Source of the DNA: Nemertoderma westbladi
Lineage: Eukaryota; Animalia; Xenacoelomorpha
Direction of reading: 5' to 3'
NCBI GenBank assembly: GCA_032718475.1
Contig: JAUCBJ010001692.1
Span: 8-64,007 of the forward strand
Length of the DNA: 64,000 nucleotides
The translations under genes and the position numbers were made by a program. The first letter of the stretch is position 1, and the number at the start of each line of letters is the position of its first letter. The notes below the pieces were generated by a model, which had not been told where the DNA came from, did no database searches, and worked only from the letters and a program-made list of their open reading frames with translations. Positions 49,571 through 63,225 of this stretch are shown here, piece after piece.

Positions 49571-50401
49571 ATACAGCAAGCTACACTGCATGCAACAAGT
49601 TACTATGCACACAGCAAGATGAAATACTACGAGTCCTGCAAATTACAATGACTCGCAACAGGCTTAATAAGATGTTAAGGTTACGCCTGGAAATAATGGG
49701 TGAATATCAACTATATAAATAAGTGATACAACAAAAATAGAACAGCCAATAGGAAGCAAGAATGCTTGCTCCCGTAGTTACCAATGAGAGTTCATTCAGT
49801 ATTACCACAACTGCTGCTAGGCAACATGTAAACAAGGTTCATGGTGTTATACAACACGAATTAGGCATAAATGTTATACGCACAGGAATTGAATGATTAT
49901 CTGGTAAAAATATTAGATTTCGATATGCAGTTAGCCCGTGCAGCAAAACCGTTCCTTAAAATTACGAACAAGTTCAACAATCATTCTATGATTAACACAA
50001 TATTGAGTTTTTTCTGAAATTTGCATTGAAAAGGCATATACAATCTTTCAACAATCAAAGGTGACGTTGATATCAAATACTCGCTACATACAATTAAATG
50101 TGATAAACAATCTAACTAAAATTAAACGAAATTAATTAAGGGTAGATCAACTTCCTCATATAAAGTAATAAAGTTTGTTGAGTCACTTCCGGTAAACTAA
50201 ATAAGTATTAAACAACCTTTCAAACAATATTAGAGTTTAATATGTTTACAAGTATGGGAAGTAGGTGAATTAATCGACGTAAGGAGGTAAATATTGAGTC
50301 ATATTATCCTTCAAATAATAAAATACATAAATTCAACCAATACATTGAGTTTCATTCTTACAATAGGAAATACATATTGTTTATTATTTACAAATATGAT
50401 A

Positions 50402-51570
50402 TGTTCGCGCTTTTAGACCTTTAGCAGTTTAACCTGCCAATTTTAGTTGTCCTCTTGTTTATAAATCGACTTTAGCCTATATCGATTATTTAGTGTACTG
50501 AAGTTACATTAGCCGAAGCCAGTCTGTGCGCGATCATTCACCCACAGTTAAGGGAGACTGGATTCGGGTGCTTTGAAAGTTATTGCAATGTAGACCCACT
50601 GTATTATTCGATTGATCGTTACTATATAATCTCTGACAATATATTTACTTTCGGGGAAATATTAACAGTTCCTTTAGGATGTGGCGCTTTAAGTATAAAA
50701 ACAGAGTTATGACTTATACTAATCACAACGAGATGGCCACAGAGTTTCGTAAATAGCGCATTCTTTAGGAGATGCTTTATTATCTGTCACACTACTTCAC
50801 ACGACTTCACACTACTTCACACTACTGCGCACTAATCTGCCGACCGTCACTGAATTTGATCACATATAAGGAGGATTACAACTGACACAAGTAGGGATTA
50901 TGAAATAGAATTTAATTCACACAAAAACCACTATAATGTAAGTCGCAATTGCTACCGGTAACCTGTTCCTCTTACCTTCAGTAATCAAGAAGATTGGGGG
51001 TTTTATGATTATTTATCGGTATTCTCCAAATATATCATCAATATACATCAATATAACAACAATTAATAACAGACCGTAAACAGAAGTAAAATAATGCGGT
51101 GAACAGTCAGTATGTGTTACGTAATGCATTGAGTTCAGTAATGAGATAGGTGAGATTGGATTGATAATAGATTTACGTTCTTATAATCAAAGCCATCTAA
51201 TGTTTAGGCCAAAGTCTGAAACTTCCAAAACAGAAGTACAGAAGATTCCAAGCCGGTTCTGAGGCTCAGAAAGGTAAACAAAGACCGTAATGCATTGTGC
51301 GGGTTTCCATAGGCCCCTGTCCAACATAAAGTGAAAATCGCTCTGATTGGCTGAATAGGCAGAACAAAGAGGTTCCACGTCTACAGGAAATCAGCTGACA
51401 GATTTCGTCATCTGAGCTCCAATCTCTTCCCGTCACGTAGGGGAACAAATTCATGGCTATTTTTAGAGTATTCTGCGCATTGCGGCAAAAATGACTTGTT
51501 ATGTCCGCAAAAGCACCTACACTGCGCATTGCGGGAAAAATGACTTGTTATGTCCGCAAAAGCTTTTACA
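50402..51570 (-). mobile_element. Solo LTR C of the same BEL/Pao family
   Basis: TGTAAAAGCTTTTGCG...GCGCGAACA termini, colinear with the A and B LTRs; TSD TGATA (50397-50401, 51571-51575). Confidence 0.95.
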
Positions 51571-51754
51571 TGATAGTTAAATAACGTACTTAACGGTTGA
51601 CGAACGAGTACAGTGATTTTATAAAGATTGACAGGCTAACTGGTAGTAATCTTATATCATCGCTTCCGCTTGGGATGCTTGGGTGTACTTTGCATAAATA
51701 GTCGTTTCCTCTTCCTCACAGGCGTTTGGGGCGCGGGTAACGTCATGTCATTGC

Positions 51755-52544
51755 TGTAAAAGCTTTTGCAGACAAAATAAGTCATTTTGCGCAATGCGCT
51801 AAATACTCTAAAAGGACTTATAATTGTACAACTGTCAAAAAACCCAGAGTTGTAATGACGAAATCTACCAGCTGTTCCTTTGTGTGAGAACGCTCCTTGT
51901 TGACATATATTTTTAACCAATCAGAGCGATTTTGCCTTCTCTGTTTACAGTGGCCTACGGAAGATGACGCAATGCGGCAGTTTTCCGAGAATTCATGCTT
52001 GATTCAGGATTCATTCGGACGTTCTGACTTTCAGACTTTGCCCTAACATCAGAGGCTAGAGTTATAAGAACGCAAATCTATTAACTCAATTCATACCATC
52101 GTATCACATCGAAACATATTGCATATCACTCGACATATCACATACTCTTTTCACCGCACTGCTTTCTAATATACTGTTTTATATTATTGTTAATTGTTGT
52201 TTATATTAATGGATGTTATATTTGGAGAATACTGATGGATAATCGTAAAATCCCCCTTGACTTTCTTAATATACTGAGGTAAGCATAAGGGTGTATCAGT
52301 AGCAATTGTGGCTCAATTTATACTGGTTTTTGTGTGATATAAATGCTATTTCATAATCCCAACGTACGTGAGTTGCAATCCTCCTTATATGTGATCAAAT
52401 CAGTGACAGTCGGCAAATCAGTATGCATTAGTGTGTATTAGTGTGAAGGTTAATAAAGCATTCCTAAAGAATGCGCCATTTGCGATACCTTATTGCCTCT
52501 AGTTGTGATTAGTGTAAGTCATAACTCTGTTTGATACTTAAAGC
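51755..52544 (+). mobile_element. 3'-truncated LTR D of the same family
   Basis: Starts TGTAAAAGCTTTTGC, contains CCAATCAGAGCG, AATGCTATTTCATA and CCTAAAGAATGCGCC; homology stops at 52544. Confidence 0.9.
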
Positions 52545-54480
52545 AGGAATTCGACGGGTCTCGTTGCGCCCGAGTCGACAGCCGGTCAACGGATCTCTAA
52601 ACCTGGAGTAGCAGCTAAGCGCTTCCACACAGCAGCTTGCACTGGTCCAGAGGGGACAGTTTGGGTAACGACACCAAACGGGGTGAGCACGACAGAGGCG
52701 GCTACTGAAGTCGCTTCTAGATGGATTGGTTCATCCGTTTGGTTGGGGGCATCCATAACGTCATTTTGTATTTGTCCAACCGAGAAACCAGGTTTAATAA
52801 TGTGCCTCTCGATCACCGATTGATGGAGATTGGAAATACATACATCTCGGAATATAGCAAAGCCACCACTGGCTAAAAAGACGCACCCTGAAGAGACCCA
52901 CTGTCAAGCTTCATTCCTAGCCATTTGTCTGATGAGGTCGGTTTGGACTGCTGAAGAATTCAATAAAAGGTCGGTTAGATATGAGCTTTGATCGTTCTGA
53001 TGCACTGTGTTCTCGGCATGAATACCGCTCACATCAGAGGCATATTTCAGAATTTTTACACCCTGCAACGCCGCTTGTGAGTCGACCTTTTTATTTGTTA
53101 GGGTGATATGGTCTTGCATTAAAGCCACTTGTTGCTCTAAATCGTCATTTCTTTGTAATAAAGAATCAATGATTTCTTTAGAGTCGTCGTTGCTCTGAGG
53201 TGGTCGGGATTGCCTGATATTTTGTACATAATGGTGGACGTTATGTAGGCTGGGATCTAACGGGGGTGCATATGCATCTAAAGGTGAAGTAGGGTCACCT
53301 TGGGGGAACGCCTCACCTGGGATGTCTGGCACAAACCTGACTCCACTTCTGGGGTAGGCTTCCCCTTGCCCTTTAGGGGGGACTGATATCCGTCCGCCGG
53401 ATGACAATGGTCCTGGATGCCGGGTCCCCACTGGCGCCGACGTTGTTGCGGCTAAGTGGGCCGATCCGGGGGCCAGGTGCCTGTCATCCGGCTGATTTTG
53501 ATGGTTATAATATATCGTCGAGCGGGGATTTACTTCATCCATAGACGTCCAATTATTATTGTTTCCTCCTTCATTACTATGGGGTAACGCATGTGGAACC
53601 TTGGGATTTGCTGCCAAACTGGTGATTGGGGATATTCCAGTGCCAAATGACATTCTTCCATCCTTTGTCCTGGCCAAGGTACTAGACAAGTAGTTAGGTT
53701 TGGGGGGTTCTAGACAAGCTCTCCAAGAGGTATGGTTTGAGATTGGGGCTTCACTGGGTATCCATTTAGTTATAAGTTGGGCCCCTACTGGTGGTACAAC
53801 ATCTCTATTGCGGTAGGGGGTTGCTGTCATGGTCGAGTGGGGAACTACTACTGGGTCGATCGACTCGGCTGATACACCGCACAATAGGGGCGCAACCATC
53901 TGAGGTGGCTCCCGTTCCCGTGGATCTATGCGTTGTATCTGCATCATAGGCGATCGCTCATCCCGACATCTTCCTCCTGAACTTCTTGGCCTCCTCTCCT
54001 CGTCCGGCGTGGTACCATCAGCCCCACCGTTCCCATTCCGGTGGGATGCTTGCCACCTGTAGCCGTTGGTTGTCTGGCGACTCTGGTACTTCTTTCGCCG
54101 CTCCTGTCCTGTGCCGTCTCGTATCTCTCCTCTCCTTGTACTCGTCCACCCTCCTCAGTGTCAACCGAACCGTCTCTCCTCTGTGAATCCAGTGTGGCAG
54201 GATGGTTCCGCCTTATCGCCGCCTCCCGAATCGTTTGGTCTCTGTCGCTCGGGGTGAGCGGTTGGTCAACTTCCTCCCTTCTCCGAACCTTGGGGTGTTC
54301 CTGTTTGTTCACTCATCTTGCTGTTGGCGTGTCATCGTCACAGCTAATCTCATTGATGTTAGAGTCTAGTTTTTAACTGTGACGGGATCCCCTAGTTGGC
54401 GAGGGAATCCCGACCGGTTTTTGTCGTGGTTTTGATATGCGTCGCCGTGTGCTACTGTGACTGAAGGCTTTGGGGCTGAA
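52545..54480 (-). mobile_element. Deleted distant relative E: gag N-terminus joined to an ORF3 fragment
   Basis: RQMARNEA matches A/B gag RQMARTEA; GFAIFRDVCISNLHQSVIER..DEPIHLEA..GPVQAAV matches A ORF3. Confidence 0.75.
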
Positions 54481-54989
54481 AGGCCGGTAGAATAAATGAG
54501 TTAATAGCTGAATATTGATCTTGATATAATGTCCAATGTATAACTGTATAACTACCGGTAATACAGCACAATAATAGCAGTAATGGCGATGGTTGAAAAC
54601 CGCCTGACTTCAGCACTCTACATAGCTAACTTAAGGCATAATTAATATGGGTAACGGTTATATTATTATTACACACAGTATACTCCTAGCTACTTTGGCC
54701 TAGCCAATGAATGCGCGCTTAATTGATTGTAATTCGTCCCACCATTGGGTGATCTATCTATCCTGGGCCAATATGCTAGCTTCTGCCCTGAGATGAGCTG
54801 GCATATCTCCCTGTGGCTGGCAATGTGTATTGCCCCGGTATGTCGGTATGTGATATTATATTGCTAATATCACATAGCTGAACATAATTGGTAAATCGTG
54901 ACTTTCCCTATTTTCCGCTGGGTGGTGCAGCGAATTGGATCCGCTAACATCCTTGAACCATTCCATTTATGTCAACAGCTTCTTTATTC

Positions 54990-56640
54990 ATATTAATCAT
55001 TCATGATGCCCTACATGTATAGTCATCCTTTAATGTAACACAAGAGACCCATCATACTCCAGAAATAGTATATTTAAACTGGAATAAAAGCTGTGTTGTT
55101 TCTGTTATAAAAAAAATGCTGTAAAATCGCAAAGCATTTTCACAAGTCGTCAAAGGATTCCAGTGAATTCCAAAATGTATTAAGGAAAATGGATTGAAGG
55201 TGTACGAATTTATTCGGGATATTGAAACACGGTGGAATAGCGCATATAATATGATTCAGCGACAACTCACTCTTCATGATGGTTATACGAAATGACTATC
55301 AACGACAAAATCTGAGTTTGATGTTGTTCTCACTGGGCATGAGTGAGTATATGTTGTTGGATAAATTAGCTGGTAAGTTAAACTTGACACTTTCGTATTT
55401 CGTAGGTCTTCGCGCAGGACTAAGTAAGTAAGCTTAGCATATGGGTACCACTATTTCAACTCTTACATATTCGCCCTCTTGCGGGAGACTGGAGAACTGC
55501 TGAGAACTTCCACTTAAATTTTTATTTCAGATTTGGGGGGGGGGGGGGGGGTGGGGGGGGGGGTCATAAAGTATGTCACACAAATTTTCCCGATTTTTGA
55601 CCCCCCCCCCCACCCGCTCTGTCACAAAGTATCACGCAAGCTCGCACCACCCCCCCCTCACCCTCCCAGTGCGTGAAATACTTTATGAACGCCTCCATTT
55701 CGACAGACTACTGTATTAAGTTTGGTTTAATTTCATCAAATTTAGATAAATTCATTAGAAATTCAAACAAAAACATTCAAACATTAGGCAACAGACAGAC
55801 TGACCGACAACAGTTGTTACAGCAGTACACATACTGTATGCTAAGCTCGCTTACTTTTTCGCTCGCCCCACATAGCCTTTCAGACTCAAACAGAGTTTAT
55901 GTTCTAGAATAGTATATAATATTTATATTTTGTACTAGGACTCTAGGTTGTTGCCATAGTAAGAATTACAGAAAAAATATACAGAAAATTCTGATAATTT
56001 TGATATTATTATTCCTTTCAGAAATTCTTAAACCAGTGAAGGAGATGTCGGAGGCACTGAGTCACAACAATGCCACATTAGCAGACGAATATGTGCTCAG
56101 TAAGGCACTGATACAAACCTTATCAAACTATAATGATCGCACATTTGTAGTTTTAATGACAAATTCCATTCTTTCTTCAATCACTCGACGATTTGGCGAG
56201 CTGAACAAGAAAAAACTAGTTCTTGTTACCACGTTATTGGACCCGCGTCGTAAATTAAAATGGTTTGCAGATGACGACACCAAAAAGAAAGCAACGGACG
56301 CAGCTCGGGAATATATACAGTATGTGAACTTATTACTACATGTGCGCCTGATAGTTTGCGTATGAGCGGTAAACGCGTTCACGTTAACGATAAGAGCGAC
56401 GAACCTCCTATAAAAATAATACGCGTTGGGGATTCGCAACGAGGTAGTCTCCAAGATATCGTCGATGAACTGGACGACAGTGACACTGACAAGGTAGTTA
56501 TTACTTCCGGGCCAGATGCAGACACAACTTCAGCTATAGTCGAATTAGACACGTATTTATCTGATAAACGAGTGGATTGGTTAATTACTGATATTTCAAA
56601 GTGGTGGCTTCAAAATAAGTCTTTAATAATATAAGTGCTT
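54990..56640 (+). pseudogene. hAT (ZBED/Ac-like) transposase remnant
   Basis: IRDIETRWNSAYNMIQR, ILKPVKEMSEALS, TLLDPRRK, ELDTYL..SKWW (dimerisation domain); stops, frameshifts and insertions. Confidence 0.85.
55560..55696. mobile_element. Small MITE (Harbinger-like termini) inside the hAT remnant
   Basis: GGGGTCATAAAGTATGTCAC versus GTGAAATACTTTATGAACGCC inverted ends. Confidence 0.45.
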
Positions 56641-56892
56641 TATGATGCTTTAAGTGCTTTACAAAATAAGTGCTTTATGAACTGTCGCGAATGCCTACCA
56701 ACGCGTGCTCCATAACATATCATATATTCTTGATTTCCATCACCTATACATCTAATTATTATTAGTAATTAAAAGTTTCAATTCGGTTTGTCTTTCCGTT
56801 ATCTGGTTATTCAGTTATTGCATTATTAATAAATAAATGTTTTAAAATATATCTTACGATTACGAAATATGGTTAATAATTAAAACTTGTCG

Positions 56893-57432
56893 CTAACATT
56901 CTCGCTATGGGGGTTTTAAGGAGTGCTGGTTACATTTCTGATGTCAGTTTTCACGTTTACATAAATATAGTCTGTCTGTCTGTCGGTCATTCTGTCAGTC
57001 AGTCTGTCAAAACATAAAAGAGAATTCAAATTAACTAACATTCTCGCTATGGGGGTTTTAAGGGGTGCTGATTTCATTTCTGATGTCAGTTTTCAGGTTT
57101 ACATAAATCTAGTCTGTCTGTTTGTCGGTCTTTCTGTCAGTCAGTCAGTCATTCAAAACTTAAAAAAGAATACAAACTAACTAACATTCTCGTTATGGGG
57201 GTTTTAAGGAGTGCTGATTACATTTCTGATGTCAGTTTTCACGTTTACATAAATCTAGTCTGTCTGTCTGTCGGTCTTTCTGTCAGTCAGTCTGTGAAAA
57301 CTTAAGAAAGTATACTAACTAACCAACATTCTTGCTATGGGGGTTTTAAGGGTTGCTGATTTCATTTCTGATGTCAGTTTACACGTTTACATAAATCTAG
57401 TCTGTCTGTCTGTCGGTCTCTCTGTCAGTCTG
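56893..57432 (+). repeat. About 145-bp tandem repeat (4 copies) with (GTCT)n, Helentron/HINE-type central repeat
   Basis: AACATTCTCGCTATGGGGGTTTTAAGGAGTGCTG...GTCTGTCTGTC repeated; a related monomer lies inverted at about 11305-11345. Family call is inference. Confidence 0.8.
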
Positions 57433-57608
57433 AACTACTGTACTGTGGTTGGCATTACGCCATATACCTAACACTAATAATACAGTCTACAATACAGCCT
57501 ATCTACAGTACAGAATGGATTTTTTGCCATGAAGATCAATAAATGTCATTAATACTATCAACCAGTATACCTACTCCAAGAGTCTTCCAATAAAACATGT
57601 ATTCCAGC

Positions 57609-57680
57609 ATGACGTCCACTGCACGTCTTCGTGCTGTCCATGGTGACGTGCAGTGGACGTCATTGGCTCTAAGGGGTTAA
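57609..57680. mobile_element. piggyBac-like terminus with a 19-bp perfect hairpin
   Basis: ATGACGTCCACTGCACGTC (57609-57627) pairs with 57645-57663, followed by GGGG|TTAA; no partner end found. Confidence 0.5.
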
Positions 57681-57764
57681 GCAACACGGTCCCTACTTTG
57701 CCCTGTCGACACCCCAGCCATTTTTCACCAACCCTTTTTTAGAGTTTTTTAATTTTTTTGGTAT

Positions 57765-57995
57765 TGGTCAAAGTTCTACAACATTAGTAGATGTTTTTTT
57801 ATGATAGCTAGTGTTTTTTTGCTAGCTAGTATTTTTTGAAATTATAAAAAATGTGAAAGTCCATGATATTTCAGGTTAAACTGTTGAATAATATATTAAT
57901 GACCAAAATAATTTCCAAAAATTACTAGCTAGTAAAAAATACTAGCTATATACCATAAAAAATCTACTAAGGTTCTAGAACATTCACTAATATTT
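57765..57995. repeat. AT-rich foldback repeat (GTTCTAGAAC / CTAGCTAG family)
   Basis: Inverted arms; related sequence at 7600-7730, 9970-10160, 12200-12500 and 17562-17655. Confidence 0.6.
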
Positions 57996-58612
57996 AAAAG
58001 CATTCAAAATCACAAAAAAAATAAAGGTTAAAAAACTCATTCGGGACCCTTTTGCTTGCTTAAGGAGTCAAAATTGTAGAACAAATTCCCGAAGTTTGCG
58101 ACGTTTGCGAAATTCGCGAAGAATCCGTCAGTTTCTGTGCCCTAATGGGTTCGTGCCGAAACAATCAAATCTTACACACTTAACACACACGAACTAATTC
58201 AATGTGTGTATTAGTATGCCTGAATAATTAAATAGAAATTAAATTAATGAACGCTATTTCAACATGAAATCTACGGAATCAATACACAACACACGCACAC
58301 CACTGTATTTAAAAATTTATATAGAGTGCAACCATGGAATACAAAATATACATATGTATATTTAGTATTCCATGGTGCAACTTATATTTGGCTACCTTTT
58401 AGGCCTAATGGGTGACTAATTTAATTATTCACCCCTATATATTTGTAGCCTTTTTAATTTGTTCCTCTAATTGAATCAAACATTAAACTAAAATATATGT
58501 CACAATATTGGTCTGTCGGTAGCTGGTCAATGAATCTCTCATAAATTTGTTAATTAGTCGCTGCTCAATCATTGAACATTTGAACATGTGCTGCTCGAAG
58601 ACCCCACAACGT

Positions 58613-58829
58613 GTATTCCTATACTGCTTACCTACCATGTTGTTATGTACTCCTATACTGCTTACCTACCATGTTGTTATGTATTCCTATACTGCTTACC
58701 TACCGTGTTGTTATGTATTCCTATACTGCTTACCTACCGTGTTGTTATGTATTCCTATACTGCTTACCTACCATGTTGTTATGTATTCCTATACTGCTTA
58801 CCTACCGTGTTGTTATGTATTCCTATACT
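58613..58829 (+). repeat. 34-bp minisatellite, about 6.4 copies
   Basis: GTATTCCTATACTGCTTACCTACC(A/G)TGTTGTTAT head to tail with no spacers. Confidence 0.95.
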
Positions 58830-59076
58830 GGTGCTATTATGTTGCTTGCATTGTTGCTATTACCAAATCAATTATTGAACTTTCTGACATTTTGATATAA
58901 ACTTATTGTTTTCATTATTTAATTGGAAAGGGGTATTTGGGCTGGAACATTCTTCGAACCAGATAACAAAAAAATGCCGAATGGAACAGATGCGAAAAGG
59001 AAATAATTAGGCCTACTGCCTTATATCGCCTTGGCAATCTACTAGACCTACCCAGCCTTCCGGTACCTGCCAAACT

Positions 59077-59560
59077 ATGTCACTGCCTGGATCCCGTACT
59101 CGGAATTGTGGGGGTAAGCCAGCCATTGGTGATGATAATGAGATTCGACGTCGAATTGAATTTCTGAAGAGAAACCGTACTACTGAGCGAACAAAGGCCC
59201 AAAAGTTAATAACAGATATTAAGGATCTCTGGGATCAAAGCGAGGAGGATATCGATGCTGATGAACTGGCTTACAATATTGAGGTTGCTGAGCAATACCA
59301 TAAAAACTTAAATACTATTGACTATGAATTAATAGACTTCCTCCTATGACTGTGACCTCCATAAGGCTATTTTCAAATCAACCTGTGTGTTAAATCGTGT
59401 GGAACGAGCAGAACAACACCCCCACTCTACAACCAGTGAGAAATCCCAAAGTGATTCTGGTGGAGGAGCAGGAACCAAATGTTTACCAAAAATATCTGTA
59501 CCAACTTTTGATGGTGACTTCTTGCTTTGGCGCCCATTCTGGGACTCTCTCCAGGAGGTT
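59077..59560 (+). pseudogene. gag: Gag N-terminal fragment of a different, conventional BEL/Pao family
   Basis: Helical N-terminus, then LPKISVPTFDGDFLLWRPFWDS (DUF1759 signature) at about 59483-59550. Confidence 0.75.
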
Positions 59561-60689
59561 TAACCTCTGACCTCCCTTTGTGTGGCTGTTTGGGGTTTGT
59601 TGTCCCCGTTATTGGTTGTGTGATACGAGGTTAATGGTGATTAACCTCGTATCCCCAATATTGCTAAAAGGGGCGCCGTTTCCCAACTTTATGGGGTGGT
59701 GAGCGGAATTGAATCCGCTCACATTTATTTTATTATAAATTATATTTATTTTTATTTATTATTTATTATATTTTTATAGTATAAATTTAGGCCCCCTATA
59801 ATATCTACGTAGGCAAAAAATGAACAAAACAAGTAACCAGCACTTTTCGGTTTGAACAGAACCTTTTTAATTCACTTAAACGATGCTAGAAATTCGCATT
59901 TATAGGTTTTATGGGTTGCTGATTCTAATGGAATACATTTCTAATTTACCAGATCATTGCTACACGTATTTTTTGGTGCATTAGGGCAAATTTTGGTGCT
60001 AGCACCAAATTTCGTACCCATCATTAAAAATTACAAGTTTGAGATGTCCAATGCTGTTTTTATGGATTTCATCGGATTCAGGACCCTCATAAACCCGTAT
60101 AACGCAAGAAACAAGATGATACTATCTATTGATCAATTTACTTACTTTCAAAATTTTGGTGCTGGCACAATAATTTTCATACACCGACGAAAAATACAAG
60201 TTTGAAAACTCTTATGCAATTTTTACTTATTCCATTGAACTCAGAACCCTCAAATAATATATAGGAATAAATAGTAAATAAATATATAGATTAATATATA
60301 ATGATTAGGTTAGTGTTATGACGTGTTAATAGGTTAATGAATAGTGTTAAGTAGGGTTTACCGGTGACCGGTACACATTTTTAATATTCAAGTAGACTAC
60401 TACCAATTATCACTGTTAGTGTTATTTAAAATCTAATCTGTAGGTGTTACTGTAATCAATACAGATTGGAATGCAGTATTGCTGCTGGAAATACTGCTAG
60501 AAACAGCATTTTATCAATTTTCATAATCATGAATTAAATTAATTATAGTGTCAAAAGACGCGCAAGACACACTGCTTTCAATTGATATAAGCCGCGTGTG
60601 AAATAATTGAGATTAAATGTGTATTTGAATCGATCGAAAATCACCCTCCATAGAAAACAATATAAGAAATTATCGGAGCACTGCGTAAT

Positions 60690-61748
60690 GATGTCAAAAC
60701 TAGAGGATGGTTGGTTGCGGTTGTAGGTGGGGTGGGAGTTGTTATGTTACTGGCGGTCGTGATAGTAACATCGATTTATTTATTTCATCCAAAAGTTTAC
60801 AGCTAAGAATTACGGATTGCATAAAACTAAACTGACAAGGAACAAAAGAAACAAGGAATTAGATATGATTTCAACATTCTCGTGGGTGATGTTACTGATG
60901 ATAGATTCATGGATGGGAAAAAATAGTTGAATGTCATCCGATACTAAATGGAAGTAAACTGGATAAAAAAAAAGGATCAGAAAAGTAAAAAGGATCAAAC
61001 TGAAAGAAATAGAAAGTTGGATGAAAGTATTTGTGATCTAATGGAAATAAATATAACTTTAGTAAATAGGATGTCGCGGCTTCACCCTGAAATTATTTGT
61101 TTAAATACTAAAGTAAACACATCCGCCTATGTTAGCCATATTAATTGGGTAAATTGTGTCATTAGCTGTGACTACACAATCGCTGGTGGTCCCTGGATAG
61201 TCATACAGAGATGGGTAGATGCATCATAAGTCTTCTATCGTAATTGGGACAGTTATGTCAGTTATTGGGACAGTCGGTTTGGTAACGTAGAAAGTAATTT
61301 TTGGTTGGGTCTAGAACAGATACACAAACTCACCAATGCTGGAGTTGTTTTGAGGATCGAGATCTGGTACCAAGGAGAACACAAGTACGCGGAGTACCGA
61401 AACTTCAAGATTGGCGATTATAATGATAAATACATGCTATGTATATATATGACTACAGCGGCACAACGGGCGATTCAATCAATACTACCAGATTCTATAT
61501 CTGAGTATTATTTGGGTGTCTAAGAAACCCCCCGGAAAGTCAATCACAATGTCCGTTTCTCAACTTACGACCGAGACAACGATGACTCTCCTTCCTCAAA
61601 TCAAGCCGTCAACCACAAAGGGGTTTGGTGGTTTATGGTGGAACACTCCATGTCCAATATAAATGGCGTCTACGGGGGAAAGGGTGATGAAGGTCCAAAT
61701 TGGGAGACTTTCATTGGATAAAATAGAGATGAAGATTAGAGTTCAATG
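60690..61748 (+). pseudogene. Fibrinogen-related domain (FReD) pseudogene with an N-terminal hydrophobic segment
   Basis: CDYTIAGGPWIVIQRW, FYRNW, NFWLGLEQIHKLT, YAEYRNFKIG, FSTYDRDND, GVWWF, IEMKIR; several stops and frameshifts, no evident introns in the domain. Confidence 0.85.
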
Positions 61749-63039
61749 AATTTATAATCTTTGTATAATTCGGAACTTATTCAGAATTTCATTATGAGTA
61801 AACATAAATTAACATAAAGATTAAATATATGATATAACAAGATAATTAATTCTATATTTAGAACCTTTATGTCAATATTGTGTATCAACAACTGGTTCAT
61901 TATTAATTATATTGAATCTGCTTTAAATTTACTTTCTGAAAACAAAATACAACAAATCACATAGTTTACGTCCATGATAAATCCTATGTGGTTGCTATGG
62001 AGACACGGTCGGTAACCAATACCTAGGGACGCTAATGCTAAAAATAATGCCCTAATGACCCATAATGACCCAATGATCTAATGCGAAAATTGCAGATATG
62101 GAGATGTACAATTAATAGTTCGAATTTGTTTAAAATATTATGAAGGTAGCCCGTCACTGGTTCAAATTGGAAACATTTAAATCTACAATTGAAAAATTAT
62201 TGTTCTGACCATTAGGCGTCATAAAACTATGTACGAAAATTTACTTAGTAAAAAATAATTAGTAATTAATAGAGTAATAATTAAGGGTAGCATTAGTCAG
62301 TGTGGTGCTGGTCAGTAGGGGAGATGGGTAGCCAATATAGAACCTTACTAATGTCATTTCAGTGTATTATAAAGTTCTATAAGAGTTATAATTCATAACA
62401 ATAATACAATATATTTGCAATATACTGCCTCAAGAGGATGCCTAAAGGCATATGAAATATATTGCATTATTATTGTTGTTATGAATTATACTCTTATATA
62501 ATTTAATAATAATACACTCAAATTATATTTAAAATTACAACTTTTGTTATTAAAATTTGGATTATAATCGTGTTTCTTACTAATGCACCACATCACATTT
62601 TCGGTGGTAGTTTTTTCCTCATACTACAGCTACTATGGTGCTGCCCTTCCAATGCAGCAATAAAATTTACTCTTGATTGCTCTAAACAAACAGTAAAATA
62701 TTTTAAGTTATAGTATTATTTATTTATTAATTTATAAATTATTATTTATTTATATTAATTTATTTATTTTAGTACATTATTTTATGGTGCCTTTTGTTTC
62801 AGAACAATAAATTATCTCTATTAACCCTATCCGGCCCGGGCTACAATTAAACGAATAAAAGACAACAATGTAACTTATTCCCTCAACTACAGTAATTAAT
62901 AAATATTCCGCCATTAGTACGAAATTTTCCGTGATATTGGTAGACATTCTATGAGTTAATGTACTACACTGATACAAATTTCTCGATAAATGACTCCAGG
63001 CATATTTTTTTAAATTTTTTATGTGAATCATTTTTAGAA

Positions 63040-63225
63040 GAGGGGGTACATTATGCTGTTCTAAATCTCAAAAAGGGGAAAGCTTATGGGGATGATATTA
63101 GAAGAATGTTTAAAAGAAGGGCCACATGTATTAACGCCATATATAACGCGGCACTTTTGATTGGATACTTCCCGAAAGCCTGGACTACTGGTATTATAGT
63201 ACCTTTGTACAAGAGAGTGAATAAG
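63040..63225 (+). mobile_element. Short LINE RT N-terminal fragment
   Basis: LKKGKAYGDD..IYNAALLIGYFPKAWTTGIIVPLYK. Confidence 0.7.

Noticed and set aside
58613-58829. 34-bp repeat as a CRISPR array
   Set aside because: No spacers, no cas genes, eukaryotic context.
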